DNA of 64,000 bases from a bacterium (GTDB lineage Bacteria; DUMJ01), in contig JACIXS010000100.1 of the NCBI GenBank assembly GCA_014360335.1, forward strand, positions 24,431-88,430, written 5' to 3'. Every line of letters starts with the position of its first letter. The first letter of the stretch is position 1. The notes under the pieces were generated by a model. It did no database searches. It had not been told where the DNA came from and saw only the letters and a list, made by a program, of their open reading frames with translations. Both the position numbers and the translations under genes were made by a program. Positions 32,953 to 43,432 of this stretch are shown piece by piece.

Positions 32953-33952
32953 AAACCATTTTTATGCCATCACTCTTTAAGAAGTCTATAATCTCATCTA
33001 CATAGCCAAAGGCAAGACAGACTACAGTGTCTGCTCCTCCATAGTATATAGCTATTCTTCCTGTTTGAGAATCACACAATGCAGCACAGGGAAATACAAC
33101 ATTCGGGACATCTCCCACACATTCGTATAACTCTTGAGGTGAAAGTAGATAACTTCTAGACCGATATTTTACTATCCAAGGTTTCTCATTATCTAATAAA
33201 GCACAGCCAAAGCTATATACATATCCATTACAGGATAGTAATACTCCATGATATATGAGTAGCCAACCTTCGCTTGTCTCTATGGGAGTTGGTCCAGCCC
33301 CTATCTTAAGTGATTGCCAAGAGGAGTATTGGTGCCCTGCAGACATTACAAATCTGTGACAGCCCCAATGAATCATATCTAGACTTTCACTATAGAATAT
33401 ATCGCCAAAGGGTGTGTGTCCTCTATCTGAGGGTCTACTTAACATTGCATATTTCCCATTAATCTTTCTTGGAAAAAGTACACCATTCCTATTGTAAGGG
33501 AGAAATGCATTTTCTATCTGATAGAACTTCTCAAAATCGAAAGTGTAACCCAACCCAATAGTAGGTCCATAGTATCCATTACACCAAGTGATATAGTATC
33601 TATCCTCTAACCAGGTTACTCTAGGATCATACTTATACATACTTACTAGAGGGTCTCTCGTTTCTTGAATGAAATCTATCGGTTCCTCACTAAGAGTCCA
33701 ATTAATTCCATCATCACTAAATCCGCTGTGAATATTCATAGCCCTGCTCTTATCATCCACCCTGAATACTCCAGCGAATCTATCTTTAAACTTTACCACT
33801 GCACTGTTAAATATGCTGTTTGCTCTTTTAATATGGTTCCTCTTTATAATAGGGTTCTTTGAGTATCTCCATATGACATCTTTACAGCCAGCTGGTCTTT
33901 CCTCCCATGGCATATTAGGGATAGACTCAGTATAGATTGTTATCTTGCCCAT
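32951..33952 (-). CDS. GH130-family glycoside phosphorylase (beta-mannoside phosphorylase-like)
   Basis: Roughly 330-aa five-bladed-propeller glycosidase. The family assignment is from overall similarity recalled for GH130 proteins. Confidence 0.65.
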   Translation of the reverse strand: MGKITIYTESIPNMPWEERPAGCKDVIWRYSKNPIIKRNHIKRANSIFNSAVVKFKDRFAGVFRVDDKSRAMNIHSGFSDDGINWTLSEEPIDFIQETRDPLVSMYKYDPRVTWLEDRYYITWCNGYYGPTIGLGYTFDFEKFYQIENAFLPYNRNGVLFPRKINGKYAMLSRPSDRGHTPFGDIFYSESLDMIHWGCHRFVMSAGHQYSSWQSLKIGAGPTPIETSEGWLLIYHGVLLSCNGYVYSFGCALLDNEKPWIVKYRSRSYLLSPQELYECVGDVPNVVFPCAALCDSQTGRIAIYYGGADTVVCLAFGYVDEIIDFLKSDGIKMV

Positions 33953-34125
33953 ATCTGACCTCCTAAAGTATGTAGTTTATCTATATTATAACCTACAAAA
34001 TGTCCTATTTTTAACGATAGATTTTACCGGAAATTCCTCATATTTTAGTTAAAAATTTACTTCAGAAATAACCCAAAAACCTCATCGGAGTAGCGGTCTC
34101 TACTGCTTTGGATCTAATGCCTTCC

Positions 34126-34144
34126 ATAATAATGATAATTCGTA
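34126..34144. promoter_or_regulatory. Candidate Fur-box-like element (AATAATGATAATTCGTAAA)
   Basis: Its first two hexamers match the GATAATGATAAT core of the Fur consensus. It lies in the 408-nt divergent intergenic region upstream of the ferritin-like/VIT1 iron-handling gene. Confidence 0.25.
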
Positions 34145-34360
34145 AATTCTTTAGTCTATAGTTTATCATATCTACCTGTCGTTGCGAGCGATAGCGAAGC
34201 AATCTAATAATTTTATTCCATTCAGAAGTTCATAGAACTTCCCATATAGATCCAGGCACTTTTCAGACTAGGGGAAAAGGAAAGGGTAGAAAAGTGATAT
34301 AGACACGTACAGAATGTAGGTTATAGTATAATATTCTCTAAAAAGGAGGTTTTACTAACT

Positions 34361-35209
34361 ATGGAGCTTATAGAACTACAGAGAAATGAGATAACGGAAC
34401 ATCTAATTTATAGTCATTTGATAAGAGATGCTAAGGATCAGCACAATAGAGAAGTTCTAAATAGATTGGCTCGAGAGGAGTATGGTCATTATGAGAGGTT
34501 AAAGAAGATTACTGGAAGAGATGTTTCTCCGAATAGAATTAAGGTATGGTTTTATCTTTTTGTAATAAAGATTTTTGGGATTACGTTTGGGTTGAAGTTG
34601 ATGGAATCTGGAGAGGAGATGGCTCAAAAGAGTTATAATAATATTGCTCAAAAGTATCCTGAAGTGAATAGTATTATTGGAGATGAAAAGGCTCATGAGA
34701 AAGAACTTTTAGATATCTTAGATGAAGAAAGACTAAAATATGTTGGTTCTATAGTTTTAGGTCTGAGTGATGCGCTAGTTGAATTTACAGGAGCCTTAGC
34801 AGGCTTTACCTTTGCGTTGAGAAACACTTCTCTTATAGCTCTCACCGGCATTATTACAGGTATCTCTGCTTCGCTATCTATGGGTGCTTCAGAGTATCTC
34901 TCTACTAAAGCTGAAGGTGGAGATAGAAATCCTTTGGTTGCATCTCTTATCACCGGTATGACATATATATTTGCTGTATTTTTCTTAATTCTGCCATATG
35001 TTTTACTTAAAAACTGCCTTTTTGCCTTTGGTTTTACCCTATTATTCGCTGTAATTCTTGTCCTATTCTTTACCTTTTATATATCAGTGGCAAGGGACCT
35101 TGAATTTAAAAAGAGATTCTTAGAGATGATAGCTATTATATTTGGAGTATCTATCGTTTCTTTTGGCATTGGTCTTTTGGTAAGGGTATTTTTTAATATA
35201 GAGATTTAG
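34361..35209 (+). CDS. Ferritin-like (rubrerythrin-type) domain fused to a VIT1/CCC1 iron/manganese transporter domain
   Basis: N-terminal di-iron helix motifs (E..H pairs in REEYGHYERL and EKAHEKEL). The C-terminal half has the VIT1 hydrophobic core (LGLSDALVEFTGALAG...). Confidence 0.8.
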   Translation: MELIELQRNEITEHLIYSHLIRDAKDQHNREVLNRLAREEYGHYERLKKITGRDVSPNRIKVWFYLFVIKIFGITFGLKLMESGEEMAQKSYNNIAQKYPEVNSIIGDEKAHEKELLDILDEERLKYVGSIVLGLSDALVEFTGALAGFTFALRNTSLIALTGIITGISASLSMGASEYLSTKAEGGDRNPLVASLITGMTYIFAVFFLILPYVLLKNCLFAFGFTLLFAVILVLFFTFYISVARDLEFKKRFLEMIAIIFGVSIVSFGIGLLVRVFFNIEI

Positions 35210-35274
35210 ATAGAAAATATTTTCTATACGTGGTAGAATTTTAATATTCTATTAAAGTTAGTGGAGGTGATAGT

Positions 35275-37242
35275 ATGGTTAGGAGATTTAGATTATTATG
35301 CTTCATCTTTTTGGTAATGTTGTTAACCTTTACATCCTTGCCAATTTCTTTTGCCCAAAAGGTTCCTAAGACTAATTTCTACAATACGCCATCCGATTAT
35401 CAAAGGGTTACCGGAAAGAGAATAACTAAGTTCGGGGAATCTCCTATGTTGGCTGAATTAGTGAAACAGGGGAAACTTCCGCCAGTCGATAAAAGGCTAC
35501 CAAAGGACCCACTAGTAGTTGTCCCTGTAGAAGAGATTGGACAGTATGGAGGACAGGTGAACCTATTCACGAATTCTCCAAATAGTCTTGGAGAGGCAGA
35601 TTATTTTACCGGATATGAGCATATACTTGGTATAGCTACCGATGGCTCTTCTGTAACTCCTCGTATAGCAAGGGCTTGGAAATTTACAGATGGTGGAAAA
35701 ACTCTTACTATATATCTACGCAAAGGGATGAGATGGTCTGATGGGGCACCATTTACTGCAGATGATATCATCTTTTGGTATGAGGATATTATTCTGAATG
35801 ATGAGCTTACTCCTGTAAAGCCTGTATACTGGTCTCCAGGTGGTAAATTAATGAAAGTAGAAAAAATAGATGATTATACAGTCAAGCTAAGCTTCGCAGT
35901 TCCATACCCCTTGGCAATCTATAGATTAGCCCATGAAACAGGGGCGATATATAGACCTAAGCACTTCCTAAAGCAGTTTCATCCAAGATATACACCTATT
36001 GAGGAGATAACTAAAAGGGCAAAGGCCGAAGGATTTGAAAAGTGGTATCAGCTCTTCGGTAAATATAACACCATTAATGCTACTGAAGTGAATTGTCCTA
36101 CTTTAAGGTCATTTGTATTAACTAAGAGAGGGACAGATTTCTTAGTTATGGAAAGGAATCCTTATTTCTGGCAGATCGATATCGCTGGGAATCAATTACC
36201 ATACATAGATAGGATATTTATTAGTGTAGTTCAAAGCATAGATGTTATGGATATGAAAGCTATTTCGGGAGAGGCAGATTTTGCCGGAAGAAGAACTAGT
36301 TTAGAGAACTATACACTTTATAAGGAAAATGAGAAGAAAGGAAATTATAGGGTACTCTTATGGCAAGGATTATGGGGGTCAAACTTTATTATTGAGATTA
36401 ATCAGACCTATAAAGAGGACCCTGTCCTAAGGGATATATTTAGGGATGTAAGATTTAGAAGGGCTATGTCCTTAGCTATAAATCGTGAAGAACTAAATCA
36501 AATGTTGTATTTTGGTTTAGGGGTTCCTAGACAGACTACTGTAATTCCACAATCTCCATACTATGAAGAATCCTTTGCCAATGCTTATGCCAAGTATGAC
36601 CCTGAAACTGCAAATAAATTATTAGATGAGATGGGACTGAAGAGAGGTCCTGATGGATATAGATTAAGACCTGATGGAAAGAGATTAGAAATCCTACTAG
36701 AACACGTTCCAGATGCTACTGCTACAAGGCTGGGGGAGATGTTGGTTCGTTATTGGGATGCGATAGGTGTTAAAGTAGCAGTAAAAGAGATTGCTAGAGA
36801 GCTACAAAGCCCTAGGGCAATGGGCAATCTTATCCAGATGGGATTCTGGACAGGTGATAGATGTGCTTTCTTATTTCCTCTTGAGCCTTACTGGTGGGTT
36901 CCAATGAATTATGGCTGGGAGAATACCTGGTGTCCTCTCTGGGCTCAGTGGTATGCTACTGGTGGGAAATCTGGAGAAGAACCTCCAAAAGAAGTGAAAA
37001 AGCTTTTAACCTTATGGGGGAAGATGCAGACAACTTTAAGTGATAAAGAGAGGATAAGATTGGGTAAAGAGATACTTAAATCTAACGCTGAAAATCTCTG
37101 GACAATAGGAACTGTTGGATTAACCCCTCAACCAATCATAGTAAAAAATTATTTGAGAAACATTCCTGCTGAAGGTCTCTGGGGTTATGATAACCTGAGG
37201 ACATATGCATATTTCCCTGCACAGATTTTTATAAAGAAGTAA
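35275..37242 (+). CDS. ABC transporter substrate-binding protein, family 5 (oligopeptide/oligosaccharide type), secreted
   Basis: Signal peptide and a 655-aa SBP_bac_5 architecture. No permease or ATPase genes are adjacent. Confidence 0.8.
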   Translation: MVRRFRLLCFIFLVMLLTFTSLPISFAQKVPKTNFYNTPSDYQRVTGKRITKFGESPMLAELVKQGKLPPVDKRLPKDPLVVVPVEEIGQYGGQVNLFTNSPNSLGEADYFTGYEHILGIATDGSSVTPRIARAWKFTDGGKTLTIYLRKGMRWSDGAPFTADDIIFWYEDIILNDELTPVKPVYWSPGGKLMKVEKIDDYTVKLSFAVPYPLAIYRLAHETGAIYRPKHFLKQFHPRYTPIEEITKRAKAEGFEKWYQLFGKYNTINATEVNCPTLRSFVLTKRGTDFLVMERNPYFWQIDIAGNQLPYIDRIFISVVQSIDVMDMKAISGEADFAGRRTSLENYTLYKENEKKGNYRVLLWQGLWGSNFIIEINQTYKEDPVLRDIFRDVRFRRAMSLAINREELNQMLYFGLGVPRQTTVIPQSPYYEESFANAYAKYDPETANKLLDEMGLKRGPDGYRLRPDGKRLEILLEHVPDATATRLGEMLVRYWDAIGVKVAVKEIARELQSPRAMGNLIQMGFWTGDRCAFLFPLEPYWWVPMNYGWENTWCPLWAQWYATGGKSGEEPPKEVKKLLTLWGKMQTTLSDKERIRLGKEILKSNAENLWTIGTVGLTPQPIIVKNYLRNIPAEGLWGYDNLRTYAYFPAQIFIKK

Positions 37243-37250
37243 ATTTATAA

Positions 37251-37275
37251 AGGGGGAAGAAATTTCCTTCCCCCT
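37251..37275. terminator. AGGGGGAAG...CTTCCCCCT hairpin between convergent genes
   Basis: Seen directly in the sequence. Confidence 0.5.
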
Positions 37276-37278
37276 AAT

Positions 37279-38292
37279 TTATCTAAAATTCTTTCCTGTA
37301 TTTATAAACGCTTCTATATTTTCTAGAGGGGTGTCTTTTGGCAAATCACAGCCTGAACTCAGTATAAAATTTTTAATTCCTTTCATCTTTTTTAATAGAT
37401 CTTTGGTAGCATTAACTACCTCTTGAGGTTTGGCTAAAAGGAATATTTTTACTGGATCGAGATTTCCTACAAGGTATATATCATTCGGTATAATATCTGA
37501 AGCTTCTTTTAGGTCTACTGGACTATCTAAGCTTAGTCCTATCGCTTTAGTTTTAGCCATTTCCTCTAAAAGATGCTTAGTGTTACCGCATATATGTAAT
37601 ATCAAAGGAGCTTTTAATTCTTCTGCAAGTATAGAAAAATATCCTCCTGAAAATTCTCTAAACTGAGAGGGGGAGAGCATTACTGAGGTTGGTTCTAATA
37701 CAGCTACTACATCTGCTCCTGCATTTAGTAATGCATTTGCATAGTCTTTTATTACTATAGTAGTAAATTCTAGAAACTTATGTACCAAGTCAGGATTTAA
37801 TATGAGATTCATCATCAAATCCTCTACCCCTATTAATTCTCCTGCTAAGGTAAATGGACCTATAGTGTAGGCACCCTTTAATAGAGAGTAGTTTTTAGCC
37901 AAATCTTCTACTACCTTTATAAATACAGGCATCCGTCCGGAAATCCCTTTGTAAAGTGTTCTAATTTTTTCTAACTCATCTAGTGTTTTTATATTATGCC
38001 TTCTTACAGAAGGATTATCATTTTCAGGAAAATCTATCTTTAGACCCAAAGCCTCTGCTTCTACAGTAAGATCCATAAATACAAATATACCATCAGGCTG
38101 AAACTTCTCTATGAGGAGTTTTAAACTTTTTATCTGGGTAGAAGCATCTGTTAGATTAGCTCTTAACGTAGTATTAGAAAGCTGTACTCCTGGTGCCCCT
38201 AGAAGAGGGATTACAGGGACTCTATCTTTCGGCAGATTAATACTCACTCTATCACTCCCTCTCGATTCGTAATTTACTAGATATCCTATCAA
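37279..38292 (-). CDS. Uroporphyrinogen decarboxylase (URO-D) family protein, MtaA/CmuA-like corrinoid methyltransferase type
   Basis: 337-aa TIM-barrel of the URO-D superfamily, called by overall pattern. Confidence 0.65.
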   Translation of the reverse strand: MIGYLVNYESRGSDRVSINLPKDRVPVIPLLGAPGVQLSNTTLRANLTDASTQIKSLKLLIEKFQPDGIFVFMDLTVEAEALGLKIDFPENDNPSVRRHNIKTLDELEKIRTLYKGISGRMPVFIKVVEDLAKNYSLLKGAYTIGPFTLAGELIGVEDLMMNLILNPDLVHKFLEFTTIVIKDYANALLNAGADVVAVLEPTSVMLSPSQFREFSGGYFSILAEELKAPLILHICGNTKHLLEEMAKTKAIGLSLDSPVDLKEASDIIPNDIYLVGNLDPVKIFLLAKPQEVVNATKDLLKKMKGIKNFILSSGCDLPKDTPLENIEAFINTGKNFR

Positions 38293-38354
38293 AATAATCG
38301 GTATTAATCAAGAAGGAACCTTTGAGATATTTTACTTGACTTGTGTTGATTCTT

Positions 38355-38383
38355 TTGATATTATCTCTAAACAACATAATATA
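38355..38383 (+). promoter_or_regulatory. Putative sigma-70-type promoter (TTGATA-N16/17-TAATAT) for the ilv-leu leader
   Basis: Hexamers read directly from the sequence upstream of the T-box leader. Confidence 0.35.
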
Positions 38384-38394
38384 GTAAAAGCTGT

Positions 38395-38575
38395 GAAGAG
38401 GAGTAGTAGCCATTTAAGGTGAACTCGCCTCAGAGCTGGATAGGTGAAATAGTAGTAGCTTATCCCGGGAATTCCCGTTATAGAATAGAGAGTGGGCTTA
38501 AAAGCCAATTAGGGTGGTACCGCGGAAAGCTTTCCGTCCCTAGCAGTTTGCTGTGGAGGGAAAGCTTTTTTATAA
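38395..38575 (+). promoter_or_regulatory. T-box riboswitch leader, with its intrinsic terminator spanning roughly 38526-38571
   Basis: Canonical T-box sequence AATTAGGGTGGTACCGCGG at 38507-38525. It is immediately followed by a terminator stem AAAGCUUUCC...GGAAAGCUUU plus UUUUUU whose 5' arm overlaps the T-box, which is the antiterminator/terminator alternation. A possible CUC (Leu) specifier lies in a GAACUCGCC context. Confidence 0.8.
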
Positions 38576-38595
38576 CCTAAAAAGGAGTTGATAAT

Positions 38596-40260
38596 ATGCG
38601 TAGTGATGAAGTTAAAAAAGGAATTGAGAGGGCTCCACATAGGTCACTTTTAAAGGCATTGGGTATAGACGATGAGGAACTAGATAAACCTTTTATAGGG
38701 GTAATAAATAGCTATTCGGAGATAATTCCTGGCCATATACATTTGGCAAAGATAGCAGAGGGGGTAAAGGCTGGCATAAGAGAAGCAGGTGGAATTCCGT
38801 TTGAGTGTGAAACGATAGGTATATGCGATGGAATAGCTATGAATCACAGTGGAATGTGTTTTTCTCTTCCGTCTAGGGAACTTATTGCAGATAGTGTTGA
38901 ATCACTTGCCGAGGCATATAAATTTGATGGCATTGTAGTCATTCCTAACTGTGACAAGATTGTCCCTGGTATGATTATGGGATTGGCAAGGGTAAATATC
39001 CCTTCTATACTTGTCAGTGGTGGACCTATGTTGCCTGGAGAATATAACGGAAAAAGGATAGACCTTTCTACTATATTCGAAGCGGTTGGAGCTGTTGCTA
39101 GTGGTAAGAAAGATATGGAATATTTAAGAGAGCTGGAATACTCTGCCTGTCCTGGGTGTGGATCTTGCGCTGGAATGTTTACAGCAAATTCTATGAATTG
39201 TCTATCTGAGGCTATTGGAATAGCCCTTCCTGGAAATGGTACTATACCTGCAGTTGAAGCGGGAAGAATAAGATTAGCCAAAGCTACAGGAAGAGCAATA
39301 GTAAGACTAGTTAAGGAGAACATTATACCTAGTATGATTCTTACCAAGTCAGCGTTCTTGAATGGAATAGCCTTAGATATGGCTTTGGGTTGTTCCACTA
39401 ATACGATCTTGCATCTTACTGCTATAGCTAACGAGCTAGGTATCGGATTAGATTTTGACGAGATAAATAGTATAGCTGATAAGACTCCTTATCTTTGCTA
39501 CTTGAGTCCTGTAGGTCCATACTATGTAATAGACCTTTATAGGGCTGGTGGAGTTATGGCTGTTTTAAAAGAGCTTAACAAGAAAGAGCTTGTAGATAGG
39601 AATACACTTACGGTTAGCGGAAAGAAGCTAGGAGAGTTGATAGATAGTGCTGAGGTAAAAGATTATAATGTGATAAGGCCCATAGATAATCCTATAAGAG
39701 AAACGGGTGGATTATCTATACTTAGGGGAACTTTAGCTCCAGATGGGGCGGTAGTTAAGAGATCAGGAGTAGCAGAGTCTCTTTATAGATTTATTGGAAA
39801 GGCTAAGGTTTTTGATGGTGAAGACGAGGCCACAAAAGCCATATTTGGTAATAAGATAGAAAAGGGTGATGTAGTTATAATTAGATACGAGGGACCTAAG
39901 GGTGGTCCTGGAATGAGAGAGATGCTTACTCCTACATCTGCTCTTGTTGGTATGGGATTAGATTTAGATGTTGCTCTTATTACTGACGGTAGATTCTCTG
40001 GTGCTACTAGAGGATTAGCTATAGGCCATGTATCTCCAGAGGCTTGGGAAGGTGGACCTATAGCTTATGTACGAGATGGAGACCTTATAGAGATAGACTT
40101 GAATAAGAGAGAAGTGAATCTTCTAGTTGATAAGGAAGAGATTGCTAGAAGAACCTATAAGGTTCCAGAGAGTCATAAGCGTAAAGGATATCTTGGTAGA
40201 TATCAGAAATTAGTATCCTCTGCTTCATTTGGAGCAGTTATGGAGGTAAATAGAAGATGA
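38596..40260 (+). CDS. ilvD: Dihydroxy-acid dehydratase
   Basis: ILVD_EDD family with Fe-S cysteine motifs (CDKIVPG, CPGCGSC). Confidence 0.95.
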   Translation: MRSDEVKKGIERAPHRSLLKALGIDDEELDKPFIGVINSYSEIIPGHIHLAKIAEGVKAGIREAGGIPFECETIGICDGIAMNHSGMCFSLPSRELIADSVESLAEAYKFDGIVVIPNCDKIVPGMIMGLARVNIPSILVSGGPMLPGEYNGKRIDLSTIFEAVGAVASGKKDMEYLRELEYSACPGCGSCAGMFTANSMNCLSEAIGIALPGNGTIPAVEAGRIRLAKATGRAIVRLVKENIIPSMILTKSAFLNGIALDMALGCSTNTILHLTAIANELGIGLDFDEINSIADKTPYLCYLSPVGPYYVIDLYRAGGVMAVLKELNKKELVDRNTLTVSGKKLGELIDSAEVKDYNVIRPIDNPIRETGGLSILRGTLAPDGAVVKRSGVAESLYRFIGKAKVFDGEDEATKAIFGNKIEKGDVVIIRYEGPKGGPGMREMLTPTSALVGMGLDLDVALITDGRFSGATRGLAIGHVSPEAWEGGPIAYVRDGDLIEIDLNKREVNLLVDKEEIARRTYKVPESHKRKGYLGRYQKLVSSASFGAVMEVNRR

Positions 40261-41924
40261 GATTAACCGGGGCACAGATAGTTATTGAAGCATTGAAACA
40301 TGAAGGGGTAGATGTTATCTTTGGAATCCCAGGAGGAGCAATCATTGATGTCTATGATGCCTTATATGATTCAGGTATAAGACATATCCTTGCCCATCAT
40401 GAGCAGGGTGCAGCCCATATGGCTGATGGTTATGCTAGAGCTACTGGAAGAGTAGGAGTATGTTTTGCTACCTCAGGCCCTGGAGCAACTAATCTTACTA
40501 CAGGAATAGCTAATGCTTATATGGATTCTATCCCTATAGTAGCGATTACAGGACAGGTAGCTACTCATTTGATAGGGAAAGATGCATTTCAGGAGGCAGA
40601 TACAACTGGTATTACTTCACCAATAACAAAGCACAATTATCTTGTAAAAGACGTTAATGAATTAGCCAGAATTATAAAGGAAGCATTCTATATAGCAAGA
40701 ACTGGACGACCTGGGCCTGTCCTTATAGACATACCTAAAAATATACAAACTGCTACTGCTGATTTTGATTACTCTTCTATAGAGATTGATATAAGGGGTT
40801 ACAAGCCTTCAATAACCGGACATATAAGACAGATAAAGGAAGCGGCTAGGCTTATAAATGATGCTAAGAAGCCTTGTATATTAGCTGGAGGCGGAGTTAT
40901 AACTGCAGGTGCAAGTGAGGAGCTCTTTAAATTAGCCACGAAAGCTAATATACCTGTGGCAACAACCTTTATGGGTATAGGAAGCTTCCCTCAAGACCAC
41001 CCATTATCCTTAAAATCCGCTGGTATGCATGGTAATTATGCTGCGAACTATGCCCTTATGGAGTGTGACCTACTCATAGCTATAGGATGTAGATTTAGTG
41101 ATAGGACTACTGGTAAGGTTTCTAGTTTTGCTTCTAAGGCTAAAAAGATTCATATAGATATAGACCCTGCCGAGATAAATAAGAACGTAATAGTAGATGT
41201 CCCTATAGTTGGAGATGCTAAGATTATCTTGAAAGCACTTATAGAATACGTTCAAGAGAAGAGGGAAGAGGAATGGCTAAGTTATATTATGGAACTCAAA
41301 GCTACTCATCCCCTTACATATGCAGATGGACCTACAATTAAGCCTCAATTTGTTATAGAGAAGCTCTGTGAGATAGTCCCAGATAATACAATTATAGTAA
41401 CAGAGGTAGGACAGAATCAGATGTGGTCCGCTCTATTTTTCACCCATAAAAAGCCTAGACACTTTATATCTTCTGGTGGTTTAGGAACTATGGGTTTTGG
41501 TTTTCCTGCTTCTATTGGAGCTAAGGTTGGTAGACCTGACGCGCTTGTAATCGATATAGCAGGGGATGGAAGTTTTCTAATGAACATTCAAGAACTTGCC
41601 ACTGCAGTAGAGAATAACATACCTATTAAAGTAGTTGTAATAAATAACAGGGCTCTTGGAATGGTTAGACAGTGGCAAGAGTTGTTCTATAAAAGGAGAT
41701 ATTCTGCTACTATCTTGAAAGAGGTTAATTTTGCTGAGATAGCAAAGGCTTTTGGAGCTAAGGGGATAAGGGTGACTGAGAAGGAAGGACTAGTTCCTGC
41801 TCTATACAGCGCTTTTGAATATCCAGGACCTGCGGTGGTGGATGTAGTAGTAGAACAGGAAGAGAATGTGGTACCGATGGTTCCTCCGGGTGCTCCAATA
41901 GACCAAATTATTGGAGGTAAGTAG
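40257..41924 (+). CDS. ilvB: Acetolactate synthase, large subunit
   Basis: TPP enzyme with the [21 protein letters not shown]-binding motif. Confidence 0.93.
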   Translation: MRLTGAQIVIEALKHEGVDVIFGIPGGAIIDVYDALYDSGIRHILAHHEQGAAHMADGYARATGRVGVCFATSGPGATNLTTGIANAYMDSIPIVAITGQVATHLIGKDAFQEADTTGITSPITKHNYLVKDVNELARIIKEAFYIARTGRPGPVLIDIPKNIQTATADFDYSSIEIDIRGYKPSITGHIRQIKEAARLINDAKKPCILAGGGVITAGASEELFKLATKANIPVATTFMGIGSFPQDHPLSLKSAGMHGNYAANYALMECDLLIAIGCRFSDRTTGKVSSFASKAKKIHIDIDPAEINKNVIVDVPIVGDAKIILKALIEYVQEKREEEWLSYIMELKATHPLTYADGPTIKPQFVIEKLCEIVPDNTIIVTEVGQNQMWSALFFTHKKPRHFISSGGLGTMGFGFPASIGAKVGRPDALVIDIAGDGSFLMNIQELATAVENNIPIKVVVINNRALGMVRQWQELFYKRRYSATILKEVNFAEIAKAFGAKGIRVTEKEGLVPALYSAFEYPGPAVVDVVVEQEENVVPMVPPGAPIDQIIGGK

Positions 41925-41925
41925 G

Positions 41926-42414
41926 ATGAGACATACTATTGCAGTCTTAGTAGAAAATAAATCTGGAGTATTAGCAAGGATATCTAACCTCTTTAGAAGA
42001 AGGGGGTACAATATAGAGAGTATTACTGTTGGAAAGTCGGAGAGGGAGGGAATAGCTAGGATAACATTAGAAGTAGACGGAGATGAATTAGTTATAGAAC
42101 AAGTAACAAAACAGCTAAATAAGCTTATAGATGTGATAAAAGTGAGCGACATAACTCATGATGAGATGATAGAGAGAGAACTTATGCTTATAAAGGTTAG
42201 TGCTGATGCTTCTACTAGGTCTGAGATACTTCAGATTGTTGATATATTTCGTGCAAGCGTAGTTGATGTGAGCCCTAAGGCTTTGGTGATAGAGATTACT
42301 GGTGATAGAGATAAGCTAGAAGCTTTTGAGACATTACTTCGACCCTTTGGAATAAAGGAGATAGCTTGCACAGGTAAGGTTGCTATGGTTAGGCATCCTA
42401 AGGAAATTAAATAA
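41926..42414 (+). CDS. ilvN: Acetolactate synthase, small (regulatory ACT) subunit
   Basis: [26 protein letters not shown]-domain start. An ATG at 41926 with GGAGGT upstream is preferred over the upstream in-frame start at 41911. Confidence 0.88.
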   Translation: MRHTIAVLVENKSGVLARISNLFRRRGYNIESITVGKSEREGIARITLEVDGDELVIEQVTKQLNKLIDVIKVSDITHDEMIERELMLIKVSADASTRSEILQIVDIFRASVVDVSPKALVIEITGDRDKLEAFETLLRPFGIKEIACTGKVAMVRHPKEIK

Positions 42415-42432
42415 AAAAGGAGGCGTTTACTT

Positions 42433-43431
42433 ATGGCAAAAATATACTATGAACAAGATGTAAAGTATGATGCGTTATCTGGAAAGACAGTTGCTGTTAT
42501 AGGTTATGGAAGTCAAGGAAGAGCACAATCGAGAAACTTAAAGGATAGTGGGGTAAAGGTTATTGTAGGACTAAGAAAAGGAGGAAGGTCTTGGGAATTA
42601 GCCAAGTCTGAAGGTATGGACGTTACGACAATAGAAGAGGCATCAGAAGTAGGAGATGTTATACAGATCCTTATCCCTGATCAGATGCAACAAGAAGTGT
42701 ATGAAACTTCTATTAAGAAGCATCTAAATGAGGGAAAAGCACTAGGTTTTTCCCATGGTTTTAACATACACTATCATCAGATTATCCCTCCTGAGGGAGT
42801 GGATGTTTTTATGGTAGCACCTAAAGGACCTGGACCATTAGTAAGAAGAATGTACGAAGAGGGTAAGGGTGTTCCTAGCCTAATAGCTGTTTATAAAGAC
42901 TATTCAGGTAAAGCTAAAGATATAGCCCTTTCTTATGCAAAGGCTATTGGTTCTTTAAGGGCTGGGGTCATAGAGACTACATTCAAAGAAGAGACTGAGA
43001 CAGACCTCTTTGGTGAACAGGCTGTTCTCTGCGGAGGAGTAAACGAACTTATCAAGTATGGTTTTGAGGTCTTAGTAGAAGCTGGCTATCAACCTGAGAT
43101 TGCATACTTTGAATGTCTTAACGAGCTAAAGTTAATAGTAGACCTGATCTACGAGGGTGGAATTATAAATATGTGGAAAGGTGTAAGTGACACTGCTAAA
43201 TATGGTGGTTTGACGGTAGGACCTAAAATTATAACTAAGGAAGTAAAAGAACTTATGAGGAAAGCTTTGGAAAGGATACAGAATGGCGAATTTGCTAGAG
43301 AATGGGTGTTGGAGAATAAATCAGGTCAGGTAGTTCTTAAGGCTAGTATCGAATCCGCAGAGAATCATCCTATAGAAAAGGTTGGAAAGACTTTAAGGGA
43401 TATGATGCCATGGATAAAGAGGGGAGAGTAA
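42433..43431 (+). CDS. ilvC: Ketol-acid reductoisomerase
   Basis: [17 protein letters not shown] Rossmann motif; 332 aa. Confidence 0.95.
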   Translation: MAKIYYEQDVKYDALSGKTVAVIGYGSQGRAQSRNLKDSGVKVIVGLRKGGRSWELAKSEGMDVTTIEEASEVGDVIQILIPDQMQQEVYETSIKKHLNEGKALGFSHGFNIHYHQIIPPEGVDVFMVAPKGPGPLVRRMYEEGKGVPSLIAVYKDYSGKAKDIALSYAKAIGSLRAGVIETTFKEETETDLFGEQAVLCGGVNELIKYGFEVLVEAGYQPEIAYFECLNELKLIVDLIYEGGIINMWKGVSDTAKYGGLTVGPKIITKEVKELMRKALERIQNGEFAREWVLENKSGQVVLKASIESAENHPIEKVGKTLRDMMPWIKRGE

Positions 43432-43432
43432 A

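Noticed and set aside
34160-34276. 38-aa minus-strand ORF (MINYRLKNLRIIIIMEGIRSKAVETATPMRFLGYF) in the 408-nt intergenic region
   Set aside because: Low-complexity, AT-driven composition, weak RBS and no recognisable motif; probably noise. Could be revisited with comparative data.
38402-38460. Direct repeats AGTAGTAGC(T) about 50 nt apart, considered as a mini-repeat or CRISPR-like feature
   Set aside because: Only two copies, inside the T-box leader stem I region. They are most simply part of the leader sequence.
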